Assembly (NCBI GenBank): GCA_963662615.2
Contig: CAXXSR010000001.1
Span: 384,001 to 448,000, forward strand
Direction: 5' to 3'
DNA length: 64,000 nucleotides
Source of the DNA: Dehalococcoidia bacterium
Lineage (GTDB): Bacteria > Chloroflexota > Dehalococcoidia > Bin125
A model generated the notes under the pieces. The model had not been told where the DNA came from and did not search any database. It saw only the letters and a program-made list of their open reading frames with translations. The stretch's first letter is position 1. Each line of letters starts with the position of its first letter. Below, in pieces: positions 28,801 through 38,893 of the stretch. The position numbers and the translations under genes were made by a program.

Positions 28801-29600
28801 GGGGCAACGAGGACCTTCCGATGCCGCCGGCCGCTGAGGGCCCGGCCGCGACGGCGCCGCCCGCTGAGCGACCGGCCGCACGCCCGGCGGAGGAGGCGGT
28901 TCCCGCTCCAGAGCCGGAGCCAGCGGCCCCGCCCGCAGTTGAGGCCCCGGTCGAAGAGCCGGCAGCGGTGGAGCCCGAAGAGCCGCCCGTCGCCGCGGAC
29001 GGGGAAGGGCCCGCGGTGACCGCGGTCCAAGAGCTGGCGCTGCTGGAGAACTACGCCGTCACCAGCTTCTTCCCCGAGACGATCGTGGTGCTCAAGGGCG
29101 TTCCGGTCAGGTTGTACTTTTCCAGGCTTCATCAGGAGCATGTCAACCGGTTCACGATCGAGCCCTTCCTGGACAGTTCAGACGTGATCCTTCCTGGTGA
29201 GGTGGGGGTCCTCGAATTCTTGCCGGATGAGGTCGGGGTCTTTGAGATCAACAACGTCGGACACGATTTCCAGGCGACGCTGATCGTCGTTGAGGATGAG
29301 GAGGCGGCGAGGGCGATGCTGACGGAGCCGGGCATACAGACGCTGGCGCTGATCTACAGGCTGGACGACGGGCGGATCTTTCCGGGAGAGGTCGTCGTGG
29401 AGAGGGGCATGCCCGTCAAGGTCTACAGCTTGGGGATCGAGGCCGAGTATCGGGTCTCGGTGCCGCCCTTCTACAGCGCCGAGGCGGTCAACGTCGGTAT
29501 GGGCGAGATCAACACGTTCGAGTTCACCCCGGACCAGGCGGGCACCTTTACCATCCGCGACGAGCTGCACGGGCTCGAGGCGACGCTGATCGTGAAGTGA
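28698..29600 (+). CDS. Lipoprotein with two cupredoxin-like domains
   Basis: AAAC lipobox; twice FP..(I/V)VV..G.PV...EF.PD..G.F.I...H...ATLIV. Confidence 0.7.
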   Translation: MSPGAQRLARDLQQGQALTVVAAVMIIALGAAACGGNEDLPMPPAAEGPAATAPPAERPAARPAEEAVPAPEPEPAAPPAVEAPVEEPAAVEPEEPPVAADGEGPAVTAVQELALLENYAVTSFFPETIVVLKGVPVRLYFSRLHQEHVNRFTIEPFLDSSDVILPGEVGVLEFLPDEVGVFEINNVGHDFQATLIVVEDEEAARAMLTEPGIQTLALIYRLDDGRIFPGEVVVERGMPVKVYSLGIEAEYRVSVPPFYSAEAVNVGMGEINTFEFTPDQAGTFTIRDELHGLEATLIVK

Positions 29601-29613
29601 GGGAGGAAGCAAC

Positions 29614-30321
29614 GTGAGTGCGTTGAGGGAAGGATGGGGAAGAGGTCATAGGGGTGGCGCGCGGGCGGTCGTTTGGCTGTTCATCGCGGCGCTGACCCTC
29701 TTGTTCGTCGCCTGTGGAGACGACACGCCCTCCGAGGCCGCTCACGACGTCGACGAGCACGGCGGTGGCACGAGCTTGCTCGTCGTGAAGTCCGCCGAGA
29801 AGGGCGCGCCGCTGCCCGAAACCCTGGCTGAGCAACTTCGGAGCTTCGAGCACGTGGTGGAGGTTGAGGGATACATCCGGCTGCGGATGGAGGGCTTTGA
29901 CGTCGTCGGTGTGGAGCCGGCCGCGCCCATGCGGATCATGACGGGTCAGCCAGACGTGCATTTGATCGAGGCGGAGCTGTCGGACGGAGCCGTTCTGCGA
30001 GCGGGAGATGCCGACAAGGACGTCGTGCTGGCGGGAGAGCTGCTTGCGCAGGAGTCGGGCGTCGAGACGGGAGCAGCGTTCCGATTGGCGGATCCGGAGT
30101 ACGCGCTGACCGTGGGCGGCACGTTCTCGACCGAGCCGGCGTCGCTCTCGCGCGCGCTGATCATGCCGCTGGCCTTGGTCCAAAAGATCTACGGCAAGGA
30201 GGGGCAGGTGACGCATTTCTGGGTCACGGTTGATTCAACTGAGAATTCGCACGACGTGATCCGGGCGGTGCAGCTCGCCCTCGGAGAGTCGGTGCAGGTG
30301 CAGGCTCGGACACATTCGTGA
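29614..30321 (+). CDS. Lipoprotein resembling a stand-alone MacB periplasmic core domain
   Basis: FVAC lipobox; VVGVEP, V.LAG..LA...G..F, IMPL...Q.IY...G.V....V.VDS. Confidence 0.6.
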   Translation: MSALREGWGRGHRGGARAVVWLFIAALTLLFVACGDDTPSEAAHDVDEHGGGTSLLVVKSAEKGAPLPETLAEQLRSFEHVVEVEGYIRLRMEGFDVVGVEPAAPMRIMTGQPDVHLIEAELSDGAVLRAGDADKDVVLAGELLAQESGVETGAAFRLADPEYALTVGGTFSTEPASLSRALIMPLALVQKIYGKEGQVTHFWVTVDSTENSHDVIRAVQLALGESVQVQARTHS

Positions 30322-30379
30322 GAGGGGTGGGGCTCAGGGCCGTTGGCGTCGCGACCGGGCTGGCGGCGGGCGGGGTGCG

Positions 30380-30470
30380 ACCTCACCCCCTGGCCCCCTC
30401 TCCATCGCAGAGCGATGGAGAGGGGGAGCAATCGATATCGTCCTTCGACAGGCTCAGGGTGAGCGGCTTG
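30380..30470 (+). repeat. CCTCACCCC..CCCCTCTCC/GGAGAGGGG hairpin plus CCTTCGACAGGCTCAGG
   Basis: Palindrome CCCCCTCTCCATCGC-AGA-GCGATGGAGAGGGGG between convergent genes; related copies near 52510, 52710 and 53826. Confidence 0.85.
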
Positions 30471-30524
30471 TGGCGCAGCGCGGCGGCGGCGAGTCGCGGG
30501 CGGCCGGAGCGCGATGTCTCGGCG

Positions 30525-31445
30525 TCAGGGGAGGGGATCGGCGCGGGCCTGCTGTCCCGACCAGAGCGGCGGCTCTTGCGCGAGGCGATGCGCGAGATGG
30601 TCTAGAACCTCGCCGTTGCTGAGGACGCACTCATGGTTGAAGTTGGCGTCCTGGCATCCCGGGATGAGCAGCAGCCCCTCCCAGGGGGAGAAGGCATCAT
30701 CCGTCTGCGCCGCCGCGAAGGGGACGATGACATCCAGGAAATTGGCGTACTGGACGAAGTCGGCGCGGAGGACGCCGTGCCGCATGCGGGCAACTTCGCC
30801 GCCGTCCTGGAGGTCGGTCCCGGCGTGGCTGGCGAGGATATCGACCAGTGGCGCGGTCGGGATTGATATCGCTTCGAATCCGTCCACGGGGCTGTCGAAG
30901 GTGACGATCATGCGGACGTGGCTGAGCATGGCGGCGTCGGCGTCGCCGGCCCAGTGGGCGGCGACGGCGCCGCCGAGGCTGTGCGCGAGGAGGACGATTT
31001 CGGGAGGGCCGGCGTCGCTGGGCCAGTCGGCGACGGCTTGGCGGAGCTGGAGTTCGAGCGCGCGAGCGGAGTCGTTGAGGGCTTGGCGCGTGGTGCTGCG
31101 GAGGTAGACGCCGCCGTCGGCGGCGTAGCTGAAGGCCATGGCGCGATGATCGGGAAACATGGCCCGCAGGGCCGAGGGGAAGACGTTGGTGACGCGTGTG
31201 ACGGGATGCACGGGGGAGTCGGCCCGGACGTTGAAGCGGACGCCGGGCAGGTAGAGGACGATGCCGCGCAGCGCCGCTACGTCGGTGTCGCCGTCGCCGG
31301 GGGGGCCGAATTCAGGGGCGGGCGGCCCGTTGACTCGCAGCGAGGGGGAGTCGTCATCGGTAATGGTGGGCCAGAGGACGGCGAGCGCGATGCCGACCAT
31401 GGCGGCCGCGATGACAAAGAAGAGGATGAGCAGTCGGCGGATCAC
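30525..31445 (-). CDS. Membrane-anchored alpha/beta hydrolase
   Basis: N-terminal TM, YLPG, AHSLGG nucleophile elbow, DVIVP, NH. Confidence 0.8.
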   Translation of the reverse strand: MIRRLLILFFVIAAAMVGIALAVLWPTITDDDSPSLRVNGPPAPEFGPPGDGDTDVAALRGIVLYLPGVRFNVRADSPVHPVTRVTNVFPSALRAMFPDHRAMAFSYAADGGVYLRSTTRQALNDSARALELQLRQAVADWPSDAGPPEIVLLAHSLGGAVAAHWAGDADAAMLSHVRMIVTFDSPVDGFEAISIPTAPLVDILASHAGTDLQDGGEVARMRHGVLRADFVQYANFLDVIVPFAAAQTDDAFSPWEGLLLIPGCQDANFNHECVLSNGEVLDHLAHRLAQEPPLWSGQQARADPLP

Positions 31446-31636
31446 GGCGACGGTCCTTCGTGGGCGTTGGTGGCAGTGGTGGGTGGCGCGATTCCGTCCT
31501 CTGGCTCGGTAGAGGAAGGCGCGGCGGGGTGTTCGTCAGTCGACGCGGGCGAGACCGTATCGTCGTCGCCACTGTCGCAGGCTGCCGCGGCGAGCAGGGT
31601 GATGGAGCAGAGGGCAAGGAGGAAGGGCGTGCGCAC
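31442..31636 (-). CDS. Small low-complexity lipoprotein
   Basis: GGAGGT RBS, GTG start, LLAAAAC lipobox; stop overlaps the next start (GTGA). Confidence 0.6.
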   Translation of the reverse strand: MRTPFLLALCSITLLAAAACDSGDDDTVSPASTDEHPAAPSSTEPEDGIAPPTTATNAHEGPSP

Positions 31637-31797
31637 CGTCGATACCTCCGGCTCACTGTAAAGGACGCCGCCCGCCCCCGATCCGTTCCCCGGCGCCGGG
31701 CCGGCCACCTGGGGCGAAACGGGTCGCGCGCTGCACGCAGCCGGTCCGCTCCCCTACGATGAGCGTCGTGGCCGGCGGGGGGAGAGGTGCGCGGAGC

Positions 31798-33300
31798 ATG
31801 TGGGGCTCTCGCCGCCCAGGCCCGATCCTTGTCGCGGCCGTCATCGTCGTCGCCGTCATCGTCGTCGCCGGCCTTGCGATTCTCGCTACGGGATCGCCCA
31901 GCGTCCGCGCGCAGGGGCCCGACGAGACGGTGTCCGCGGCAGTGCCGCTGGAGCCGGGGACGCTGGCGACGGTCGTTGACGACGGCAGCTGCCTGCGCTT
32001 GCGCGAGACGCCCGGCCTTGACGGCGCGATTCTGACCTGTCTTTCCCCCGGCAGCGTCGTGGTGGTCCGCGCGGGAACGGTCGATGCGGACGGCTTCCGC
32101 TGGCAGGCCGTGCGGACGGAGGCCGGGCGAGAGGGTTGGGTCGCCGATGCGTTTCTGCGGCCCGTCGTCACGCCCGCCGCCTGCGACGCCGCGCGCTCGC
32201 CGGTTGCGATCCCGCCGGGACTCACACGGCCGCTCCCCAGCGCCGGCGGCGGGACCTATCTCTACTGGGGGGGTGGGACAGTCGCGGGACTGCTCACGGA
32301 GGCGCAGTGGCGGGGCTGCGACGTCGCCGCGGTATGGGCGTGGATCCCCGAGCGAGCGGCGTTCGTGGGCTATCACCCGGGCGCGCCGGAGGTGGTCAAC
32401 GGCGCTTGGCGGTCGCAGTTCCCTGAGGGGCGGATGCCGGTTGGCACGATCCTCTACGTCATCTGCGCGGGGCCGTTGGATGCGGGCCGCACACGAGTGC
32501 CGGCTCCTCCCGGGGCCGTGCCCCCGCCGCTGCCCTGGGCCGCCGCCCCTGCCCGCTTTGAGGGACCAGCGCCGCCGGACGTGTCGGCGGTCGCGGCGAT
32601 CGTCGTCGACGAGACGTCGGGCGCCACGCTGTACGCCAAAGAGGCGCACGAGCCGTTGCCCCCGGCCAGCCTGACGAAGATCGCGACGGCGATCGTGGCG
32701 ATTGAGGGCAGCGATCTGGACCGTTGGGTGCTGGTGGACGTGGACGGCCGCCGCATGCGCGGTCAGAGCCTCATGGGGCTGCGGCCCGGCGACTGCTTCC
32801 AGGTCCGCGACCTGCTCGGGGGGCTCCTGCTCGAGTCAGGGAATGACGCCGCGCTGGCGCTGGGGCGCGCGATCAGCGGCTCCGATGCCGCCTTCGTGGA
32901 GCTGCTGAACCTGCGATTGGGCCGGCTGGGGCTGGAGGAGAGCCACTTCAGCGACGCCCACGGACTGGGCGGTCCGATGCACCGGGCGTCGGCGTACGAC
33001 CTGGCGATGCTGTCGCGCTACGCGATGCAGCTGCCGCTGTTCGCCGAGACGGTGGCGCAGACGACGGGGGAGGCGAGCGGATCGCGCGTGATCACGCTGC
33101 GCAACGGCAACCGGCTGCTGGAGCGCTACGAGGGGGCGGACGGGGTGAAGACGGGGTTTACCGACGAGGCCGGGCGGACGCTGGTGGGGTCGGCGCGACG
33201 GGACGGGCATCGGATCTACGTGGTGCTGCTGGACGCCGACGCCCGCTACGGCGACGCGGAACGGCTCCTGGACTGGGCGTTCGCGGCGTATCGGTGGTAG
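31798..33300 (+). CDS. D-alanyl-D-alanine carboxypeptidase (peptidase S11) with N-terminal SH3b-like domain
   Basis: SLTK, SGN, KTG motifs; LRLRETPG...GWVA..FL SH3b; start 31759 or 31798. Confidence 0.9.
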   Translation: MWGSRRPGPILVAAVIVVAVIVVAGLAILATGSPSVRAQGPDETVSAAVPLEPGTLATVVDDGSCLRLRETPGLDGAILTCLSPGSVVVVRAGTVDADGFRWQAVRTEAGREGWVADAFLRPVVTPAACDAARSPVAIPPGLTRPLPSAGGGTYLYWGGGTVAGLLTEAQWRGCDVAAVWAWIPERAAFVGYHPGAPEVVNGAWRSQFPEGRMPVGTILYVICAGPLDAGRTRVPAPPGAVPPPLPWAAAPARFEGPAPPDVSAVAAIVVDETSGATLYAKEAHEPLPPASLTKIATAIVAIEGSDLDRWVLVDVDGRRMRGQSLMGLRPGDCFQVRDLLGGLLLESGNDAALALGRAISGSDAAFVELLNLRLGRLGLEESHFSDAHGLGGPMHRASAYDLAMLSRYAMQLPLFAETVAQTTGEASGSRVITLRNGNRLLERYEGADGVKTGFTDEAGRTLVGSARRDGHRIYVVLLDADARYGDAERLLDWAFAAYRW

Positions 33301-33818
33301 CGGGTTGGGGAGCGGCGGCATCGCGGTGCGGCCCTCGATCCCCGCGGCGTGCGCGCACGTGGCGACATTGAAGGCGTAGCCGGCGTCGGAGTCCTCTGCT
33401 CGGTCTCGCCCACTGACGATCCGCGCCTGTTTGATCTTGCCGCGGTCATCCGCAAAGGGACCGTCGTGGCGGGCGTGCGCGCGGATCTTGGGCAGCAGCG
33501 TCTCAGGGAATTCGCGCCACGGGTGCCGGCCTCGGAGGGGCGTGCCGGCCTCGGAGGGGCGCGTCGCACGCTGAGGGCGACGCGTGGGATCGCACCGCAC
33601 GCGTGGGTGGGGTGGCAATTGAGCGCGTGACCAAGCTCGGAATGGCTCGGGACATCCCCTAGTCCCCATGGAACCCGCATAAGGCTTGGCCCTATGGGTG
33701 AGTCGATTGGCCAGATCGAGGGGTCTCAGCCGTTGGGCTCAGGACTCTGCTCATTCGCTCCCGCCTGGAGGAGGCGGATTGTGGGATCGGAGCAGGCAGA
33801 GCGGCAAGGAGGAAGGTC

Positions 33819-34631
33819 TTGAGCGGGCCCAACATCACGTCAGAGAGTGCGCCGCCGCGGGGCGACCGCGAAGAGCAATGGGAGCGATTCGCGAAGGAGC
33901 CCAGTCCGGAACTGCGCAACGCGATCATTCTGCAAAACATCCCCCTGGTGAGGTATGTCATCGGCCGGATCAACCGCGGGAAGTCCACCATCACGGATTC
34001 GGACGATCTCTTTTCGGAGGGGTGCGTTGGTCTCGTGAAAGCCGTGGACCGGTTCGATCCCAGCAGAGGGGTCCAGTTTGCGAGCTTTGCGGTCCCCTAT
34101 ATCCGAGGCGCGATTATTGATTCGTTCCGCAAGACCGACCGCCTGACCCGCCGCTTGCGGGGCGATGTCCGCAGCCTGGAACGGGCGAGAGAGCGACTGT
34201 GGTTGCAGTTGGGGCGGGAGCCAGATGGGGTTGAGCTGGCGGCGGCGCTCGGTGTTTCACTCGCTCGCTACAGGGATCTGGAAGCGGTTGCCTCCTGCAC
34301 GACCGTCAGCCTCGACAGGCTTCTTGATCGAGGCGGGCGCTCGCGGGAATCTCTTGAGCCATCGCGGCGAGAGGGCCACGACGCCTTTGATCTCTCGGAC
34401 CTCGTCGGGCAGCGCGCGGAGGTCAATGCGCTCATGGCTGCGATTGCCGAGCTGCCTGATCGGGAGCGTCTCATCATCGTGCGCCGGTACAAGGATGGAG
34501 AGACGTTCAGCAAGATCGCCCGGGACCGAGGTCTCTCCGAATCTCGCATTCATCAGCTGCACCGGCGCGCCTTGGAGCAATTGCGGGCGTCGCTGGAGAG
34601 CGGCGAGAGCGATGGCGCGAAGGTAGCGTGA
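33819..34631 (+). CDS. FliA/WhiG-family (sigma-28-like) RNA polymerase sigma factor
   Basis: AAGGAGG then TTG; [19 protein letters not shown]...IRGAI.D..R..D; LGREP; SESRI.QLH..AL. Confidence 0.9.
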   Translation: MSGPNITSESAPPRGDREEQWERFAKEPSPELRNAIILQNIPLVRYVIGRINRGKSTITDSDDLFSEGCVGLVKAVDRFDPSRGVQFASFAVPYIRGAIIDSFRKTDRLTRRLRGDVRSLERARERLWLQLGREPDGVELAAALGVSLARYRDLEAVASCTTVSLDRLLDRGGRSRESLEPSRREGHDAFDLSDLVGQRAEVNALMAAIAELPDRERLIIVRRYKDGETFSKIARDRGLSESRIHQLHRRALEQLRASLESGESDGAKVA

Positions 34632-34676
34632 CCTTAAGTCCTGCGGGGGTCTGATGCGCGCCCTGCGCGCCGGCGT
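34605..34676 (+). repeat. ~72-bp direct repeat, copy 1 (sigma-factor 3' end)
   Basis: GAGAGCGATGGCGCGAAGGTAGCGTGACC...GGTCTGATGCGCGC; recurs at 35861. Confidence 0.85.
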
Positions 34677-34797
34677 TAATCGCGCGGCCCGTAGCGGACT
34701 CGGTCGGACGGCTGGCTGTCCCAGGCCTGACTTGCAACGGGGTACAACGCTGGCGGGCTGGAATCCCCGGAGGCTTCGCTTAGAAACGGCGATCCCG

Positions 34798-35814
34798 ATG
34801 TCCATTCCCGTAACGCGAAGGCGGATTCATGTTCTTTTGTTGTTCGGGTGTCTCGCCGTCGCCTCGATGGCCGCCCTGCGGCCCGCGTCAGGGTCAGCGC
34901 AGTCACCGCCACTGCAGCTGCGCGCGGGGATTAATCATGTCGCCTATCTCGGTCCTACGCTTCCGGTAGCCGCCGCCCTCAATGGGATCGCGCCGTCGGT
35001 CAGCGCTATCTGGGATCTCAATCCGGCGGATGGTCGATGGCGCCTGTGGGCGCAGGCTCTGCCCGAGGCGCTGCTCGGATTCGATCTTCTCGTCGGCGGC
35101 AAGCCGTATTTCCTGATCATGCGGGAGCCGGTGCGATGGGAGTATGAGGCAACCCCGTCGCAGGGCACACCGGGACCCACAGGACCGCCCGGCCCGCCCG
35201 GACCCGTTGGCCCGGCGGGTCCCGTAGGACCGCCCGGTCCGGCGGGACCGGTTGACGCAGCGAGCGCCGATGGAGCGGATGGCGCCACCGGCCCTGTTGG
35301 CCCGGCGGGCGCGCAAGGTCCCGCTGGCCCGGCGGGCCCCGTAGGACCGCCCGGCCCGGCGGGACCGGTTGAGGCAGCGGGCGCCGAGGGGGCGGAAGGC
35401 GAGACCGGCCCCGTGGGCCCGGCGGGACCGCAAGGGCCGAGCGCACAGCTGATCGGCGGGGGAACCGGCGAGGAGAAGTTGGAACAGAAGAACTCCTCGA
35501 CGGGCTATGTGCCTCTCTTTGGCGGCAGCGTCTTTGTCACGCTGAACGAGGCCAAGCAGGTCATGCCGCTGGCAGGGGCGCTGTCGGACTTCTACGTGCG
35601 GCTTGGCGAAGGCCAGCCCTACACGTTCACCGTGTTCAAGAATGACGCGGCGACCTTGATCACATGTTCCACGGGTGCTGGGGATGCATGCTCGGACGTC
35701 ATACACACCGTCGTCTTCGCGGCTGGCGACACGATCGCCATCGAAGCTGTGGCAACCGCCAACGGTGCACGGGTGCGCATGCTGTGGACGGCCAAGTTCT
35801 CGCCGACGGAGTGA
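34798..35814 (+). CDS. Secreted collagen-like protein with N-terminal GIN/GFN module
   Basis: Signal peptide, module ~34912-35125, GXY triplets (GPPGPAGPV), C-terminal beta domain. Confidence 0.85.
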   Translation: MSIPVTRRRIHVLLLFGCLAVASMAALRPASGSAQSPPLQLRAGINHVAYLGPTLPVAAALNGIAPSVSAIWDLNPADGRWRLWAQALPEALLGFDLLVGGKPYFLIMREPVRWEYEATPSQGTPGPTGPPGPPGPVGPAGPVGPPGPAGPVDAASADGADGATGPVGPAGAQGPAGPAGPVGPPGPAGPVEAAGAEGAEGETGPVGPAGPQGPSAQLIGGGTGEEKLEQKNSSTGYVPLFGGSVFVTLNEAKQVMPLAGALSDFYVRLGEGQPYTFTVFKNDAATLITCSTGAGDACSDVIHTVVFAAGDTIAIEAVATANGARVRMLWTAKFSPTE

Positions 35815-35860
35815 CCGGTGGCGGCCCAACAGTGTGCAAGAGGGTGTGCGCGGCCGCGGG

Positions 35861-35932
35861 GAGAGCGATGGCGCGAAGGCAGCGTGACCGTGGGTCCCGC
35901 GAGGGTCTGATGCGCGCTCTGTGCGCCGGCGT
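35861..35932 (+). repeat. ~72-bp direct repeat, copy 2
   Basis: GAGAGCGATGGCGCGAAGGCAGCGTGACC...GGTCTGATGCGCGC. Confidence 0.85.
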
Positions 35933-35979
35933 CGACGGCCCGGTGCGCTGACGAGTCAGCGGCGGGGTGGCGGCGATCC

Positions 35980-36627
35980 TCAATCCTGGCGCGGGGCGGC
36001 GGGCTCGTCACCGGCAGCGACGATGGCGCGGCAGAGGTCGCGCACGGCGGCGGTGCGCTCGTTGGTGAGCCAGGCGTCGTGGCCGGCGAAGAGCGAGAGG
36101 CGCAGCGCCCCGTGCCCCGGTTCGGGAGCGACTTCGATGACGAGGGTGGCGGGGTCGCGCAGCCACTGCAGGACGTGGTCGTTGACGGCGCCGAGCCGGT
36201 TGAGGCGGTCGGCGGCGGCGCGCGCCGGCGGGTCGCCGTCCTGGGCCGTCCAGCGAAAGCGTCGCGCGGGCCCCACCTGCGCGGCCGAGAACTCCCGCTG
36301 CGCCTCCACCCGGCCGTCGGGCCACTGGTCGCTGATCCGTTCGCGGCGGATGAGGAAGTGAAAGCCGGTGGCGCCGCTGGGGCCCAGGTCGCCGCTGCGC
36401 GCGCTGGTCGTGGTGACCTGGAGCAGGTCCGGGGGGCCGTTCTCGATCCGAAGCAGGCCCAGGGCGCGGACGCCGGGGCCGAGCGCGACGTCGTGCTCGG
36501 GCGCATCCGGGCCGGCGGGGGCCGCGGGCAGGCCCGCGCGTGTGAGCGACGCCGCTAGGTCGAGAGCGAACTGGGACGGGCGGCGCGCTCCCCGCTTGTC
36601 TCGCCGAAGCAGCCGCCGCAGGATCAC
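35980..36627 (-). CDS. Hypothetical protein
   Basis: GGAGG then GTG at 36627; protein-like composition; no family recognised. Confidence 0.55.
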   Translation of the reverse strand: MILRRLLRRDKRGARRPSQFALDLAASLTRAGLPAAPAGPDAPEHDVALGPGVRALGLLRIENGPPDLLQVTTTSARSGDLGPSGATGFHFLIRRERISDQWPDGRVEAQREFSAAQVGPARRFRWTAQDGDPPARAAADRLNRLGAVNDHVLQWLRDPATLVIEVAPEPGHGALRLSLFAGHDAWLTNERTAAVRDLCRAIVAAGDEPAAPRQD

Positions 36628-36784
36628 GAATCGCGCCTCCTCGTCGCTCCGGCGGTGGGCGCGGCGCCGGGCGGGGAGGGTGAGGGTATCAGGCGGCAGG
36701 AGCGGGCGCCGTCGTCTACACTTCGGCATCGACCGCGGCGGCCGGCACCCGTGTGCAGGCGTCGGGGGGGAGAGGAGCAAGGCG

Positions 36785-36991
36785 ATGGTCATGCTGCCAG
36801 CGGCGGCGGAATGCTCCGTGCGGCGCCCCGTGGCGTCGGACGTCCAAGGAGGCGGGATCATCCACCACGACTCGCACGAGTGGCGCCTGAGCGCCGAGGG
36901 CGAGGGGGTGGCGGCCTACTGCATCCACTGCCTGGAGATGGTGCAGGGCGTGAATGAGATCCGCGCGCGTCACGGATCGATCCGCAGCTGA
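36785..36991 (+). CDS. Small putative metal-binding protein (68 aa)
   Basis: AGGAG RBS; C...HHDSH.W...YCIHC. Confidence 0.55.
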   Translation: MVMLPAAAECSVRRPVASDVQGGGIIHHDSHEWRLSAEGEGVAAYCIHCLEMVQGVNEIRARHGSIRS

Positions 36992-36999
36992 GCGGCGAC

Positions 37000-37100
37000 G
37001 GCACTGCGGCTTCGCGGGCGCTGTGGCTTCGCGGGCGCTGCGGTTTCGCGGGCGCTGTGGCTTCGCGGGCACTGCGGTTTCGCGGGCGGGGTGGCTTCGC
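37000..37100. repeat. 17-bp tandem repeat x6 (GGCRCTGYGGYTTCGCG)
   Basis: Fills the gap between two convergent genes. Confidence 0.9.
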
Positions 37101-38384
37101 CTAGGCCTGCGCGGGCGCGGCGGTGATGCGCACGAGCCGCCCCATGCGATGCTGAAGCACGTCCGGCACGGTGACGCTGCCATCGGCGTTCTGATACGTC
37201 TCCAGGATGGCGGCGATCACCCGCGGCAGGGCCAGGCCGCTGCCGTTGAGGGTATGCACGAACTGGGGGCGCTTGCCGTCAGCGGGGCGGTAACGGACGT
37301 TGGCGCGTCGGGCTTGGAAGTCGGTGCAGTTGCTGATGCTGCTGACCTCCAGCCACTCGGCCGCGCCGGGCGCCCAGACCTCCAAGTCGTAGGAGATGGC
37401 GGAGCTGAATCCCAGGTCGGCGCTGCACAGTTGGACGACGCGATAGGCCAAGCCGAGCTCCCGCAGCAAGGTCTCCGCCCGGGCCACCATGGCCACCAGC
37501 GCCGCCGCCGAGTCTTGCGGCTGCGTGAACTGGTACATCTCGACTTTCTCGAACTGGTGGACGCGCTTGATGCCGCGCACGTCGCGCCCGGCGCTGACCT
37601 TCTCGCGGCGGAAGCAGGGGGTGTGGGCGGTGTAGCGGATGGGGAGGGCTTGCGCGGGCAGGATCTCGCCGCGGTGCAGGCTCGTGAGCGGGACCTCGGC
37701 CGTGGGGATTAACCAGTAGTCTTCCTCGGCGTCGCGGTAGAGGTTGTCGCGAAACTTGGGGAGCTGGCCGGAGGCGAACATGGTCTCCTCCCGCACAATG
37801 GCGGGGAGGTAGATCTCGGTATCGCCACTCTCCACGTGCTGCTCCAGGAACCAGCCGATCAGCGCGCGCTGCATGAGCGCGCCGGCGCCGCGCAAGATGA
37901 ACATGCGGGTGCCGGCGATGGCCCCGGCCCGGTCGATATCGATCAGGCCCAGCTCGGCGCCGATCTCCCAGTGCGGCTTGGGCTCGAAGGCGAAGGCGCG
38001 CGGTTCGCCGACGCTGCGGACGAGTACGTTGTCCCGTTCGTCGTCGCCCTCGGGCGTGTCGGGGTGGACGAGGTTGGGGAACTCGGCGAGGGCGGTGGCG
38101 AGGGCCGCTTCGACGTCGCGGCCGTCGGCGTCGAGGGCGTCGATGCGGCCGGCGACGTGGCGCTGCTCGGCGATGAGTCGCTCGCGCTCGTTGGCGTCCG
38201 GCGCCGCGCCAATGGCCTTGCCGGCACGGTTGCGCTCCGCCTTCAGTTGCTCCACCTCGTGGAGCAGGGCGCGGTGTCGTGCGTCCAGATCCAGCACGCG
38301 GTCCAAGGGTGCGTCGGCCCATCGCAGCGCCAGCGAGCGCCGAACCTCATCCGGATGTTCGCGGATGAACTGGATGGAGAGCAT
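37101..38384 (-). CDS. serS: Seryl-tRNA synthetase
   Basis: LIPTAEVP, FRRE, RG..RVHQFEKVE, YDLEVW.P, E.SS.SNC.DFQARR, HTLNGSGLA. Confidence 0.98.
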   Translation of the reverse strand: MLSIQFIREHPDEVRRSLALRWADAPLDRVLDLDARHRALLHEVEQLKAERNRAGKAIGAAPDANERERLIAEQRHVAGRIDALDADGRDVEAALATALAEFPNLVHPDTPEGDDERDNVLVRSVGEPRAFAFEPKPHWEIGAELGLIDIDRAGAIAGTRMFILRGAGALMQRALIGWFLEQHVESGDTEIYLPAIVREETMFASGQLPKFRDNLYRDAEEDYWLIPTAEVPLTSLHRGEILPAQALPIRYTAHTPCFRREKVSAGRDVRGIKRVHQFEKVEMYQFTQPQDSAAALVAMVARAETLLRELGLAYRVVQLCSADLGFSSAISYDLEVWAPGAAEWLEVSSISNCTDFQARRANVRYRPADGKRPQFVHTLNGSGLALPRVIAAILETYQNADGSVTVPDVLQHRMGRLVRITAAPAQA

Positions 38385-38386
38385 GG

Positions 38387-38893
38387 CTACGCTTCCTCCG
38401 GGTCGGTGCGGTCGATGGCGGCTAGATCAATGGCGGCGAGGCTGAGGACGCGAACGTCTTCCGGGACGTGCACGGGCGTGGCATCGGGGGTGGGCGGGAT
38501 GGGTCGATCGGCGCGGAGATCGTCGGCGGAGACCCAACTCCAGCCATCGCGCGGGGGGTCGGGCCGGCCGGGCGCTTGGGGCGTCGTGAAGTAGACCAGA
38601 TCGAGGTGCTGATGCGCCGGCTCATGCGGGGCGGGGGGGATGTCCTCCACCATGATGGTGGCGGGCACGGGGAGCTGCGAGGGCCGGTCGTAGGGGAAGC
38701 GCGGTCCGGTGGACAGAAGCGTCACCCTGAGACCGGTTTCCTCGTCCACCTCGCGATGCAGCGCCTGCAGCGGGTCCTCGTCCGCTTCCAGGTGTCCGCC
38801 CGGCGGCAGCCACATGCGGTTGCGCGCGTGCCAGTGCAGCAAGGTGTGGCCCTGGGCGGAGACGAAGGCCGTGATGGTGAAATGTCTTTTCAT
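38387..38893 (-). CDS. NUDIX hydrolase
   Basis: WLPPGGHLE.DEDP..A..REV.EETGL; H.H.DLVY. Confidence 0.92.
   Translation of the reverse strand: MKRHFTITAFVSAQGHTLLHWHARNRMWLPPGGHLEADEDPLQALHREVDEETGLRVTLLSTGPRFPYDRPSQLPVPATIMVEDIPPAPHEPAHQHLDLVYFTTPQAPGRPDPPRDGWSWVSADDLRADRPIPPTPDATPVHVPEDVRVLSLAAIDLAAIDRTDPEEA

Noticed and set aside
33300-33680. Possible gene fragment on the minus strand between the carboxypeptidase and the sigma factor
   Set aside because: No convincing start, RBS or family motif.
34632-34797. Sigma-28 promoter before the collagen-like gene
   Set aside because: No TAAA-N15-GCCGATAA match with acceptable spacing.
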